64,000 bases of DNA, from the NCBI GenBank assembly GCA_002721815.1, contig PBLQ01000021.1, positions 65,460-129,459 of the forward strand, given 5' to 3'. The DNA comes from Myxococcales bacterium. Lineage in GTDB: Bacteria > Myxococcota > UBA727 > GCA-2721815. The notes below the pieces were generated by a model. That model was not told where the DNA came from. It searched no databases and worked only from the letters and a program-made list of their open reading frames with translations. The translations under genes and the position numbers were made by a program. Positions 8,648 through 17,966 of this stretch are shown piece after piece (within the stretch, counting starts at the first letter, position 1; every line of letters starts with the position of its first letter).

Positions 8648-9902
8648 AAGTTCGCAGAGAGGAACCCCTGCTTTGTTACAAGTTCACGAAGCTCAAGAAA
8701 AAATGGTGGCCTTGGTTGTGCCCACGAAAAGTGAGGTCCTTCATCTCACCCAAGCGGTAGGTCGCATCATCGCCGGCGCCCATGCGTCGAAACGGAACTG
8801 CCCGCCATGGGATAATTCGGCCATGGATGGCTTTGCGCTTCGCATGGATGATATTGCTTCCGCTACACCGGAATCGCCCATTCGACTCAAATTAGTGGGC
8901 GAGGTTGCTTGTGGCGATACGAGTGAGCCCTCGTTCGAATTGCCGCCCGCGTGCACCCTTCGAATTATGACGGGCGCGGTGGTGCCTCCGGGGGCGGATG
9001 CAGTGGTGATTAAGGAAAATACCCGTTTGGAGACCCAAGGCGAAGACACCTTTGTCATTTTCGAGGGACCGGCCAAGCGTCACGCGAACATACGGTTTGC
9101 CGGCGAAGATGTGGCGCAAGGCGCCGTGGTGGGCGACGATGGAAATTGCATCACACCCGCTCGATTGTCTTTGTTGGCCAGCGCTGGTTTTGCGCAGGTA
9201 GAGGTGTACCAAAAACCCAAAATTGCATTGATCGCCAGCGGCAGTGAATTGGCGCCACTGGGCGTCGAACCAGCGCCGCACCAAATCATCAACTCTAACA
9301 TTCATGCTGTGGCCGCCGCATTGGAATCTGCCGGTGCCTCTGTCCGTCTTTTAGGCATCGCCACCGATACTTTAGATGCCCACGTGGCGTTGATGTCATC
9401 AGCATTAGAAGACGAATGGGTGGTTACCATCGGCGGGGTGTCCATGGGGGAGAAAGACTGGGTTCGACCAGCGCTGACACAAATGAATGCGGAGCAGATC
9501 TTTTGGAAGGTCGCCATGCGCCCTGGTAAACCCTTGGTGTTTGCAAGGAAGGAACGCCAATTATTTGTGGGTCTCCCGGGAAACCCTGTCTCAGCTTTGG
9601 TGGGTACAGAGCTTTTTCTCAAGCCCATGATTCGTCGAGCGCAAAACAGACACAAATTATTTAAAACGCCCGTATGGGCTGAGCTGTCCAACGAAGCGCC
9701 CATTAAAAAACGTGCCGACTTTAAGACGTATTTTAGGGCGAAAGTGGATTTTGGATCTCAGCCCCCCAAAGCTTTGGCTTTAACGAAACAAAGTTCCGGT
9801 CAAATATCAGGTCTCGCAGCAGCCAATGCCTTATTGGTAGCGCCAGTGGGGCCAGAGAGCATTGCTCCGGGCGAGCCAGTTCAAGTTTTGCCCTTCTCTT
9901 GA
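8640..9902 (+). CDS. moeA: molybdopterin molybdenumtransferase MoeA
   Basis: 'PPWDNSAMDGFALR', 'GGVSMGEKDWV', 'GLPGNPVSA' MoeA/gephyrin motifs. ATG overlaps the cytochrome stop (ATGATTAA), indicating translational coupling. Confidence 0.85.
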   Translation: MIKSSQRGTPALLQVHEAQEKMVALVVPTKSEVLHLTQAVGRIIAGAHASKRNCPPWDNSAMDGFALRMDDIASATPESPIRLKLVGEVACGDTSEPSFELPPACTLRIMTGAVVPPGADAVVIKENTRLETQGEDTFVIFEGPAKRHANIRFAGEDVAQGAVVGDDGNCITPARLSLLASAGFAQVEVYQKPKIALIASGSELAPLGVEPAPHQIINSNIHAVAAALESAGASVRLLGIATDTLDAHVALMSSALEDEWVVTIGGVSMGEKDWVRPALTQMNAEQIFWKVAMRPGKPLVFARKERQLFVGLPGNPVSALVGTELFLKPMIRRAQNRHKLFKTPVWAELSNEAPIKKRADFKTYFRAKVDFGSQPPKALALTKQSSGQISGLAAANALLVAPVGPESIAPGEPVQVLPFS

Positions 9903-9909
9903 GTAGGCC

Positions 9910-11316
9910 TTAAATGAGCCAATAGACGAAACCACTACCTGCTAAAAGCGCAAACAAAAGAAGACTTGGAATCTGTAAAGACAGTGGTGTGGGTACTTTA
10001 ACGGGTACCGTCCTTTTGCGGTAAAAGAAAAAACTGGCCAAGCGCAACACCACCAAACTTTGTAATGGGCAACTCAACAAAATCGCCCAGCCGGTATAAA
10101 CCCATCCTTGTTCGAAGCTGAGTTGGGCCAAGCTGACACGTGCATCAAACCCGAGAGTCCCTGGAAAGCCCGACAGATTAGCAAGTCCCAGCAAAAAGAC
10201 GAAAGCCATGAATGGGTTGTTGAGCCCAATCCCTGAACAGCTTTCCCAGGTGAGCAATTCTTTGGAGCGTTGTGATAATGGCAGAAAGACAAAATAGACG
10301 AGCAAGCAACCCAAGCCCAGCGAGGCGAGAAGAGCCCAGCTAGGAATCAGTGGAGATTGTTCTTGTAACAGGGAACTCAGTTGTAACGAGGGCAGCAGCA
10401 ATGGCAAGTTGCCCACGATCAAAAAGGCCAAGATGCGATTTACGGTTCGTTGGTCCATGGCGGACAAAGCCGATAGGATAAAGGCGAAAAGGCAAAATCC
10501 AGCCAGAAACTGATCAGAGACCACCGACGAAGTGGACAGTTCGCCCGCGCGTGCCAATCGAAAACACAAGGTGGCCACCATGAAGGATTGCCCGATGAGT
10601 TGGACCATTGCTCCCACCGGGTGACCTCCGGTGAGTAAATCAACCCGGTTCATGTGAAAAGGTGTGATGCCCACCAATGTAAAAAGGGCGGTGGCAAACA
10701 ATAGAAGCGCCAGTAAAGCAGGGATGGCACCGGCCTGGGCGCTTTTAAACCACCAAGCCAATTCCACGGTGTGCATGGTGCTTAAGCCCACCACTACCGC
10801 CATGCTAAAAAACAAGAGCGCGAACCGTTGGTCGAAGAATGTTTTGAGCAGTGCTTCGGGCCCGTGTAATTTTTTTCCGCCCACCGTGAGGGGGAGCCCT
10901 AACGCCATTAATGCGATGCCGGTCGGTAAAATGAGCAGATAGTGATCCAAGGCCATACCACTCACCACCATCCCACCACAAAGTACCAACAAGGGATGCC
11001 CCCAACTGGCAAAATGGGATCGGCGTTCGTCTTGCGCCAGTAACAACCAATGCAATCCAATTTGGATTACATTCCACAAGAGGAGGCCCAAGAAGAAAAA
11101 GTCGTCTTCTCGCCAAATGGCATTGGCGCGTTCAGTAGGGTCATGGTTGTAGAGGACATAGCCAGTTTGGATGCCCAGCCATAAAGTGGCCAGGCATGCC
11201 AATGGAATGCCGCCTGTTTGGGGCTTGCGGGTGACCTTGGGCAACACCCATCCCAGCAAACCAAGTACGGCTGCGACCAGTATTGAAAGCGCCAATAAGG
11301 ATGGCACCAGAGTCAT
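9910..11316 (-). CDS. divergent NuoN-like antiporter-type membrane subunit
   Basis: Polytopic 468-aa protein. Last gene of a J-K-L-M-N-sized operon. 'LVGITPFHMNRVDLLTGGHPVGAMV' is alignable by eye to NuoN '[20 protein letters not shown]', but with W/P/D replaced. Confidence 0.5.
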   Translation of the reverse strand: MTLVPSLLALSILVAAVLGLLGWVLPKVTRKPQTGGIPLACLATLWLGIQTGYVLYNHDPTERANAIWREDDFFFLGLLLWNVIQIGLHWLLLAQDERRSHFASWGHPLLVLCGGMVVSGMALDHYLLILPTGIALMALGLPLTVGGKKLHGPEALLKTFFDQRFALLFFSMAVVVGLSTMHTVELAWWFKSAQAGAIPALLALLLFATALFTLVGITPFHMNRVDLLTGGHPVGAMVQLIGQSFMVATLCFRLARAGELSTSSVVSDQFLAGFCLFAFILSALSAMDQRTVNRILAFLIVGNLPLLLPSLQLSSLLQEQSPLIPSWALLASLGLGCLLVYFVFLPLSQRSKELLTWESCSGIGLNNPFMAFVFLLGLANLSGFPGTLGFDARVSLAQLSFEQGWVYTGWAILLSCPLQSLVVLRLASFFFYRKRTVPVKVPTPLSLQIPSLLLFALLAGSGFVYWLI

Positions 11317-11325
11317 CCAACCTCC

Positions 11326-12714
11326 CTAAGAAAAATGAAACAAAAAACCCGTCCAAAAAAGTGCGATCCCCAAGGTGCCACTCAGGTGCCACCGCCAAAC
11401 CACGGGCGGCGCGGCGCCTTCGGGCAAATGAACCCGTTCCACGGGGGCGGGCGTGTTCCAGCGACGCCATAATTGAAACAATGCGGTGTGAATGGAAAGC
11501 AGTCCAAAAATAAAAGCCATCAGCAATGCCACCAATTCGGTGAAGTGCCATTGATGGGCCACGTGTGTTTGAAAAAACGTATTTTCTGGCATTCCCAAAC
11601 TCCACAGTGGCAAGGCCATCAGCAGGACCGCAAACAAGAGCACGTGAATTTGTGCGAAACTGTGCATTTGTGGCCATCGTTTGAGTAGGCCCACCTGCGC
11701 ATGCTCAAAGGACGCCAAAATATCATTCTTTAAGTTGTGAAGTTCATCTACAAAAAGACCCAATGTGGCCAGGGCGGCCATGGCCCATGGCCAGGGGCCG
11801 TGAATGGAAAAAGGGAGTTTGATTTGCTCAAAGGCCAAAAGCGTAAAGGCGCTCAAAAGTAAAATAGCGTGGGTAAAGATCATCATGGGTCTGCGTTCTC
11901 CGATGGAGAGCAAACCGATCCAAAGAAAATGAACGACCAGTAAGATGGGCAAAAGGTGGGTGGCAGGTCCGAGCAATGAATCGCTCAGTGCCTGTTCTGG
12001 GGCGAAGTGAATGCCCAAGATAAATTGGGTCATGGTAAACAGCAAAGCCACTGATGGGCTGATGCTTCGTGCCACCCAACGGTGAAGAGAAAGAAAAGGA
12101 AAGATCCCCAGTCGCAACCATGATGCCAGGAACGTCCCCATGGCCAATGCCCAAGGATAGGGAATGAAATTAAAAAGGGATTCGGGCGCGAGCACAAAAC
12201 CCAATGCGATGGCATCAAAAACAATGAAAAGCGAAAAAACCCGTAATGCTGTTTGTGATCTTTGGCCAGTGCCCATTTGTGTCATTAACAGCCAAAAGAA
12301 AAAATGAGTGGAAAGCGCGAGGGACAATGAAAGCAGTGTGTGGGCCACGATGAAACTGCCCAAAACGAAGGCGCAGATCAAAAGAGTGGCAGTGATGAAA
12401 GGTTTGATTTTTTCAGGAGAATGAAAGGGGTGAATGGCGGTTGTGGTGAAGAGAAGTGTGAGTAAAGCAAAACACATACCTGCATTTTGCGCGTTGAACA
12501 CCAGCTGAATGTGGCGGGAGCCCAGGTGCAAATAGGCCGAAATTGGATTGCCTTCGAGAGCATGCTGCCACAGGGAACCATCCTCAGCGGGGAGCCAGCC
12601 CACCGCAAAACAAAGGCCTAAAGTGATGAGGGTATAAGGCCGCAAAAACGCATGATGCTTGGCGGGGACCAGAACCAAGCCAATAGCGGCCAAAAAAGGC
12701 AGCGCGATTGTCAT
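11326..12714 (-). CDS. divergent NuoM-like antiporter-type membrane subunit
   Basis: Polytopic protein. Start moved to 'MTIALPFLAAIG' to avoid a 139-bp overlap. 'FPFLSLHRWVARSISPS' is alignable by eye to NuoM 'VPLHGWLPDAHSQAP', with P/D replaced. Confidence 0.45.
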   Translation of the reverse strand: MTIALPFLAAIGLVLVPAKHHAFLRPYTLITLGLCFAVGWLPAEDGSLWQHALEGNPISAYLHLGSRHIQLVFNAQNAGMCFALLTLLFTTTAIHPFHSPEKIKPFITATLLICAFVLGSFIVAHTLLSLSLALSTHFFFWLLMTQMGTGQRSQTALRVFSLFIVFDAIALGFVLAPESLFNFIPYPWALAMGTFLASWLRLGIFPFLSLHRWVARSISPSVALLFTMTQFILGIHFAPEQALSDSLLGPATHLLPILLVVHFLWIGLLSIGERRPMMIFTHAILLLSAFTLLAFEQIKLPFSIHGPWPWAMAALATLGLFVDELHNLKNDILASFEHAQVGLLKRWPQMHSFAQIHVLLFAVLLMALPLWSLGMPENTFFQTHVAHQWHFTELVALLMAFIFGLLSIHTALFQLWRRWNTPAPVERVHLPEGAAPPVVWRWHLSGTLGIALFWTGFLFHFS

Positions 12715-12728
12715 ACACAACAATACGG

Positions 12729-14747
12729 TCAAAGTTTCTGACTCCACCAATAGAGGCTGACCCCTACGAACAAAAGAAAAACGCTGAGGACGCGGCGGCT
12801 TTCGCCATTGTGAAAGAGCCAAAAACAAAAACGAATCACTGAGCTGGGCGCCCGCCAAATGTGCCACATGAGGCCACCGGCTAATAAGGGTTGGATGATG
12901 CGTCGAGAAAGGAAGGTCAGGCGCAGGACATTTAATTCCACCGAGGTGTTGAGGTGCGTATCAACGGGTGAAGGTGCTTGCTCAGGCTCGAAGTACTTTC
13001 TTAAGGAACGTTGGCCACCCGTTTGGGTGGGTTTAGCTGTCTTGCCGAAAACCAAGTAAGCGAAGAGCCAACCTCCAAAGGCTGCCCCCCAGATCCAGCC
13101 GTAAAAGAACCATTGTGCTTGGGCGTCTACCAACACATCCAAAGCGGGTTGGTAAGACGTTAATAAAAAGAGTGCGGTTCTGATTTCAGGTTCTACCCAA
13201 GATAGAAAAGGAGCGTACGCCGCATCAAAAAAGTCAGTGAGTCGGTGAACCGGCAAGGATAAAATATTGGGTGCAATGGAGATGCCTAGAACGAAGATAG
13301 ACACCACGGACAAAAAGAGATTGTGGGACTTTGGCGCAGGGGCATTGGGCAGTTCATTCGATGCTTCTCCGCCGAAGACCTGAAAAACTGTTTTGAATGC
13401 ACCCGCGGTGAAAAGAAACGAGAAGAGCACCAATGCAATGCAAATAATGAAATGAAAATAGGGGCGAATGGCCCAGTCCGCCCACATGAAGGATGCATGA
13501 AAAAACCAAGACCCCAGCAAGGGGCACATGGAAAAAGTCATCAACATTCTAATTTGTTCTTGGCGTCTAAAAGACTTCCACAGTCCGCCCAGCTCGCCCA
13601 AAAGATCTTCACCTTTCATGGCTTCACGAACGCTGATGTGGGTGATGACAAAAAAGGGCGTCACTAAAAAGAACAATAAAATCTGCAAAAAGCCCGCGGT
13701 GCCGTCGTAAGGTATGTTGGCCAAAACAGTGAGTGAAAAAACAGCCATGAGGGCCCAATGATCGGCATCCGACCATGTGACAGCGGTGAACAACCGATAC
13801 GCATGAAACAGCGCACTGCCCGCAATGGCCACCAGAACCCAGGACAGGTTCCAAGAAATCAGAACATGGACGAGTTGGGTTTGGCGCAACACGATCAGTC
13901 CACCACCAAAGAGTACCCAGATGACGAAAACGCGGGTGATGGGCTCTTGGGCCTGCAGATGATTTTTGACTGCATTAGCCCCGAACCCCAAGCCTTGCCG
14001 GCTTAGAACACCGAGCAGGACAAATAAGGAACACCAAGAAAAAATGTGGTCGAGGTAATGACCTTGGAACAGGCCCATTTGCAACGGGATAACCTTTAAT
14101 TGAGCGGCTTGCGTCAACCAGATTTGAGGGTTGTGATTCCCAAAGGTGAAAAAGAGAAAAAGAACGGCCAGAAACATTGAAGCATCGCCGAGACGATGCT
14201 GTACAAAAAGCCAGGTACTGGTGAGACCCGACTGAGGCTCGGCATTTTTGAATGACCAGGTCGCCAACAATCCACCCAGCGACAATAAACACGTGGTTTG
14301 CATCGGGTTTGCGGTGAGAAACATGAGGTTCAAGATGGACCACAGACAGGTTTGTTTAATCAGAATCGAGGACGATGGTTGGGTTTGTGATATTTTTTGC
14401 CAGATGGTCAAAAGGATGACGGACCCCGACACAGCAAAAAGTGTCAGCGCTTCAAACGCAGTGAGTTCCATGGTGGCCCAAATGGGGCCAGGCTTCATCT
14501 GTAAAATTCCGCCTTCGGGGGCGCCCAAGGCAAGATCGTGGTATCCGCCCGCGTAGAAAATTCGTTGCAGCGCCCGCCAGGCAAAAAGGCAGTTTGTGCT
14601 CTGTGTGATCAGGAGAATGGTTAAAAGAAAATTTTCAGTTTGGCGACGGCTTAGTATCCAAAGCGCCACGATAGAGCCCATGGGAATGAGTGCTAAAGGC
14701 AGTAATTCAGGTGCGGGAATCATGGAGAGAAACGGCATCATGTTCAT
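12729..14747 (-). CDS. divergent NuoL-like antiporter-type membrane subunit
   Basis: 672-aa polytopic protein. 'KVIPLQMGLFQGHYLDHIFS' at about aa 220 is alignable by eye to NuoL 'LPLQTWLADAMAGPTPVS', with W/D replaced. Start ATG overlaps the K-like stop (ATGA). Confidence 0.45.
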   Translation of the reverse strand: MNMMPFLSMIPAPELLPLALIPMGSIVALWILSRRQTENFLLTILLITQSTNCLFAWRALQRIFYAGGYHDLALGAPEGGILQMKPGPIWATMELTAFEALTLFAVSGSVILLTIWQKISQTQPSSSILIKQTCLWSILNLMFLTANPMQTTCLLSLGGLLATWSFKNAEPQSGLTSTWLFVQHRLGDASMFLAVLFLFFTFGNHNPQIWLTQAAQLKVIPLQMGLFQGHYLDHIFSWCSLFVLLGVLSRQGLGFGANAVKNHLQAQEPITRVFVIWVLFGGGLIVLRQTQLVHVLISWNLSWVLVAIAGSALFHAYRLFTAVTWSDADHWALMAVFSLTVLANIPYDGTAGFLQILLFFLVTPFFVITHISVREAMKGEDLLGELGGLWKSFRRQEQIRMLMTFSMCPLLGSWFFHASFMWADWAIRPYFHFIICIALVLFSFLFTAGAFKTVFQVFGGEASNELPNAPAPKSHNLFLSVVSIFVLGISIAPNILSLPVHRLTDFFDAAYAPFLSWVEPEIRTALFLLTSYQPALDVLVDAQAQWFFYGWIWGAAFGGWLFAYLVFGKTAKPTQTGGQRSLRKYFEPEQAPSPVDTHLNTSVELNVLRLTFLSRRIIQPLLAGGLMWHIWRAPSSVIRFCFWLFHNGESRRVLSVFLLFVGVSLYWWSQKL

Positions 14748-15037
14748 TAGCCCCTTAGGTTGCGCCAGGCACCCAATTGGGTGGTTTTAAGTTTTTCAAA
14801 AAGAAACTGTGCGAGAATGAACATGACGAGTTGATGAATGAGCACCAAGGCCAGAAGCCCAAAAGCGATGGCATCACCCCAGGGATGTTGCCACTGCTGA
14901 TTGCCATGTAGGATCGCCAATGCCACCCCCAAAAGAGCCACATCGATGTTCAGCGATACCATGATCATTTGCCGTCGAAACAAAGCGCCAAGAACACCCA
15001 TGGTCATCAGCGCGATGGCGATCCAACCCAGGCTCAT
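14747..15037 (-). CDS. NuoK (chain 4L)-like small membrane subunit
   Basis: About 97 aa from internal Met 'MSLGWIAIALMTMGVLGALFRRQMIMVSLNIDVALLGVALAIL...'. This follows the NuoK pattern 'GLxGLxxRRNxL...E..IN..ALAFV' and the C-terminal 'L....NLRG', but both conserved TM Glu are absent. Confidence 0.5.
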   Translation of the reverse strand: MSLGWIAIALMTMGVLGALFRRQMIMVSLNIDVALLGVALAILHGNQQWQHPWGDAIAFGLLALVLIHQLVMFILAQFLFEKLKTTQLGAWRNLRG

Positions 15038-15510
15038 GACCGGCTCCTTTGGCGTATGATGAAAGGCAGAAGACCGGTCACGCTCACAAGAAAGATAGCG
15101 CCCAAATAGACGGCCCATAAAGAAAGCGAGGGATGGTTATTGGCAGCGGTACTTTTTTGAATATCGCTCAACAAGCTCGGCCACAAAGGGAGAATGGACA
15201 AAAGAAAATAGGCCGAAACCAACAGCAGCAAAATTCTTGAAATGCCCAGATGGGTATCCAGCGGTTGTGTGGGCTCTTTGTTAAAGCGTTGAACGCCTTT
15301 GATGTAAATCCATGGGGTGATGACTCCAAAACCCAAGATCAATATGAGGCACAAGATCCAAGGACTTTGTTGAGCGATCATCACGGAGGCCACCGATAGA
15401 AAGACCATCAAAAAACCGAAGACTGCCCGTTGTGGTTCTCTGACGAATAAAACCACACCGCCCCCGCCAATGGCGAAGCAAGTTTGAATGATGAGAAAGA
15501 AGGTTTCCAT
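15034..15510 (-). CDS. NuoJ (chain 6)-like membrane subunit
   Basis: Start moved to 'METFFLIIQTCFAIGGGGVV', a NuoJ-like N-terminus. Size about 158 aa. Stop abuts the K-like start. Confidence 0.5.
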   Translation of the reverse strand: METFFLIIQTCFAIGGGGVVLFVREPQRAVFGFLMVFLSVASVMIAQQSPWILCLILILGFGVITPWIYIKGVQRFNKEPTQPLDTHLGISRILLLLVSAYFLLSILPLWPSLLSDIQKSTAANNHPSLSLWAVYLGAIFLVSVTGLLPFIIRQRSRS

Positions 15511-15601
15511 GGCGGTCCGTTGTTTGGGCTTTAAAACTACCAAAACCACCTTGGGAGTCCAAAATATCGTGCTAAAGTGGCCCAATAAAGGAGCGATAAC
15601 G

Positions 15602-16678
15602 ATGCAAAGAACGTTTCAAAGTGGTGCCCTTAGAGCGATTGCATGCGGCCTGCTGTGCTTTTGGGTTTTGACACCCAAATCTTTGTTCGCCAACGATGTG
15701 GACCTATCTGTGAATTCACCCGTATCCCAAGGGACCCAACCGTCATTGGTGCTCAAGTTGAACAAGGCGGTGGATCGGTTAGAAGTGGTGTTACGTTCCA
15801 ATGGCCAATCGGTTCGTCAGGCCTACACTGGAGAGACCAAGGGAAAAACCATCGAAATCGAGATGCCCCAAAACCAAGTGGGCCTATGGCGATGGCAGGG
15901 AAAATTGAAGGTGACCTTCGCAGATGGGAGCGCCGGTCAGATGCCTTTGGCATTTTCTACTGAAGTGCGTCAGCCGCCCCAGTTGCGGTTGCACCGAAGC
16001 GGGCTCGATTTAATCAAGAAAGAACTGAAAGTTGTATTTGGTGCCGCCGCCCAAAAAGTTGAAATGGAAGTGGTGGGTGAAAACGGTGAGACTTTAGCTA
16101 AAAAAACGGTTCCTTTTAGAGGGGAAAAACGGGGGACGCCGCTTCACCTAAAATGGGAAACGAACTCTGAAGTGAAAGTGATGAAAATCGCGTTGGTGGC
16201 TCATGACGTCAACGGCTTTTTTTCTCCCACCTTGGCGTTGTACCCGTGGAGCTTGGCGATTCCTCATGAAGAGGTGGTGTTTGAAACGGCCTCCAATGCA
16301 ATCTTGGATGCTGAAGTTCCCAAACTCAAAGATGTCCTGCCGCGCATTCAGAAACGCATCCAACAGTACAGCAGTTTAATTCCGGTACGACTGTTTGTTT
16401 TGGGACATACCGATACGGTGGGGCCCGCGGATACCAACCGTGCATTGTCGCAAAAGCGAGCATCGGCCATTGCCAGGTGGTTTCAAAACCAGGGTATCAA
16501 GGTCCCCATTTTCATCCGTGGGTTTGGTGAAAGTGATTTGCGGGTGACCACAGGGGATAATGTCGACGAGGCAGCCAACCGAAGAGCGGATTATATTTTA
16601 TCGGTGAACCCGCCAAACCATCGGTCGTGGCAGGGCTGGGTTACGATTCAGGGTCAGAAGCCATCAGGCGATCAATAA
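15602..16678 (+). CDS. OmpA/MotB-family peptidoglycan-binding protein with N-terminal domain of unknown function
   Basis: Signal peptide 'MQRTFQSGALRAIACGLLCFWVLTPKSLFA'. C-terminal 'LFVLGHTDTVGPADTNRALSQKRASAIARWF...' OmpA-like domain. Confidence 0.7.
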   Translation: MQRTFQSGALRAIACGLLCFWVLTPKSLFANDVDLSVNSPVSQGTQPSLVLKLNKAVDRLEVVLRSNGQSVRQAYTGETKGKTIEIEMPQNQVGLWRWQGKLKVTFADGSAGQMPLAFSTEVRQPPQLRLHRSGLDLIKKELKVVFGAAAQKVEMEVVGENGETLAKKTVPFRGEKRGTPLHLKWETNSEVKVMKIALVAHDVNGFFSPTLALYPWSLAIPHEEVVFETASNAILDAEVPKLKDVLPRIQKRIQQYSSLIPVRLFVLGHTDTVGPADTNRALSQKRASAIARWFQNQGIKVPIFIRGFGESDLRVTTGDNVDEAANRRADYILSVNPPNHRSWQGWVTIQGQKPSGDQ

Positions 16679-17210
16679 TGATGGCGGCGGCCGAGCGCAC
16701 ACTCAAATGGTTGTAGTCGGATGCGGATTGGACAGGTGGCAAAAGGGCGTCTGCCCCTTCCAGAACCGAGGGGTGCAGCCCTTGCCCCGTCCCAAAAATA
16801 AGCATGACGTTTTGACCTGACTTGATCTTTTCTTTGGCATCGGAAAAAGACAGACAGGGGGTATGCTCATTTCTTGCGGAAGTGGTCCAAACCAAAGGAC
16901 GTTCTCCCAGTCGTTCTGTTTCTTGCGCAATGGCTTTTTCGATGCTCTCGGTGACATGCGTGATGGCCATGGCGGCTTCACGATCTTTATTTTTTTTAGA
17001 GCCTTTGCCAACGGTCCAATGTCCAATAATGGCGTTCGCCAATTCTTGTTGGGCGGTGATAGGCGTGACGATATAAAATGACCCCGCTTGATAGGTACGC
17101 GACGAACGGGCGATGTCATGCACATCTAAGTTGGTGATGGAGGTGGTATAGATGTTACCCTGGCGATCCAAGACGGGGTGGTGGACCAATGCAATACTCA
17201 CGTGATTCAT
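16641..17210 (-). CDS. conserved hypothetical protein occupying the usual rplS position downstream of trmD (possible alpha/beta-knot RNA methyltransferase-like fold)
   Basis: 189-aa ORF translationally coupled to trmD (ATGA overlap at 17207-17210). No confident family assignment from reading. Confidence 0.4.
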   Translation of the reverse strand: MNHVSIALVHHPVLDRQGNIYTTSITNLDVHDIARSSRTYQAGSFYIVTPITAQQELANAIIGHWTVGKGSKKNKDREAAMAITHVTESIEKAIAQETERLGERPLVWTTSARNEHTPCLSFSDAKEKIKSGQNVMLIFGTGQGLHPSVLEGADALLPPVQSASDYNHLSVRSAAAIIIDRLMASDPES

Positions 17211-17965
17211 GATTCACCTTTTCGAAGCGGGGCCAAGCATTCTCGAGCTTGGGTTTGTTGATCGTTGTCGCATAGATCGGGACGGAGTCGTTGGGTGCGG
17301 GCCTGGGCATCTTCTTGCCTGGCCTGTTCAATCTTTTGGTGATGGCCACTGAGTAAAACATCGGGTACCTGCCAGTGATCGTATTCGATGGGCCTGGTGT
17401 ATTGGTGATGCTCTAAAAGATTTTCCATATGGCTTTCGGTTTGGATGGAGTCTGCATTCCCCAGCACCCCTGGCCGCATCCGGGCGATGGCATCGGCCAT
17501 GACCAAGCCGGCCAGTTCGCCTCCGGTAATCACAAAGTCGCCCAAAGACCATGTTTCATCCACATAGTTCCAGACTCTGGCATCGACCCCTTCATAGCGA
17601 CCACAAATAAAAATGAGATGGTCTGTTTTGGCGAGGGATATCGCGGCATTTTGCTGGAAGGGTTGACCCGCGGGGTCCAACAAAATGACTTTTGACGAGG
17701 CATTTTCGGGGGTGTTGTTTTGGGCTGCCAAAATGGCGCGATGAAGGACGTCCACTTTCATCACTTGTCCGGCGCCCCCACCGCATGGGGTATCATCGAC
17801 CATTTGGTGTTTGTCCAAAGCGTGTTCTCGGATTTGAACGGTGTGAAGCACGAGGTGACCGTTTTGTTGGGCCCGCCCGAGGATTGAAACGGCCATCATT
17901 GTTTCAATGGCTTCGGGGAACAGCGTTACAAAGGTGATATGTAAAGGGGTGATGGGCGCGGTCAT
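17207..17965 (-). CDS. trmD: tRNA (guanine37-N1)-methyltransferase TrmD
   Basis: 'ITFVTLFPE', 'DDTPCGGGAGQVMKVD', 'ICGRYEGVDARV', 'SLGDFVITGGE' TrmD motifs. Start moved to 'MTAPITPLHI'. Confidence 0.85.
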   Translation of the reverse strand: MTAPITPLHITFVTLFPEAIETMMAVSILGRAQQNGHLVLHTVQIREHALDKHQMVDDTPCGGGAGQVMKVDVLHRAILAAQNNTPENASSKVILLDPAGQPFQQNAAISLAKTDHLIFICGRYEGVDARVWNYVDETWSLGDFVITGGELAGLVMADAIARMRPGVLGNADSIQTESHMENLLEHHQYTRPIEYDHWQVPDVLLSGHHQKIEQARQEDAQARTQRLRPDLCDNDQQTQARECLAPLRKGES

Positions 17966-17966
17966 T

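Noticed and set aside
9910-14747. Considered that the three large membrane proteins are unrelated transporters (for example O-antigen polymerase-like) rather than Nuo/Mrp homologs
   Set aside because: Operon order, sizes and the J/K-like small subunits match nuoJKLMN. By-eye alignment recovers the TM7 segment context (PLQ.., ..LH.W.., PFH..) in each. The assignment is retained as a hypothesis needing HMM confirmation.
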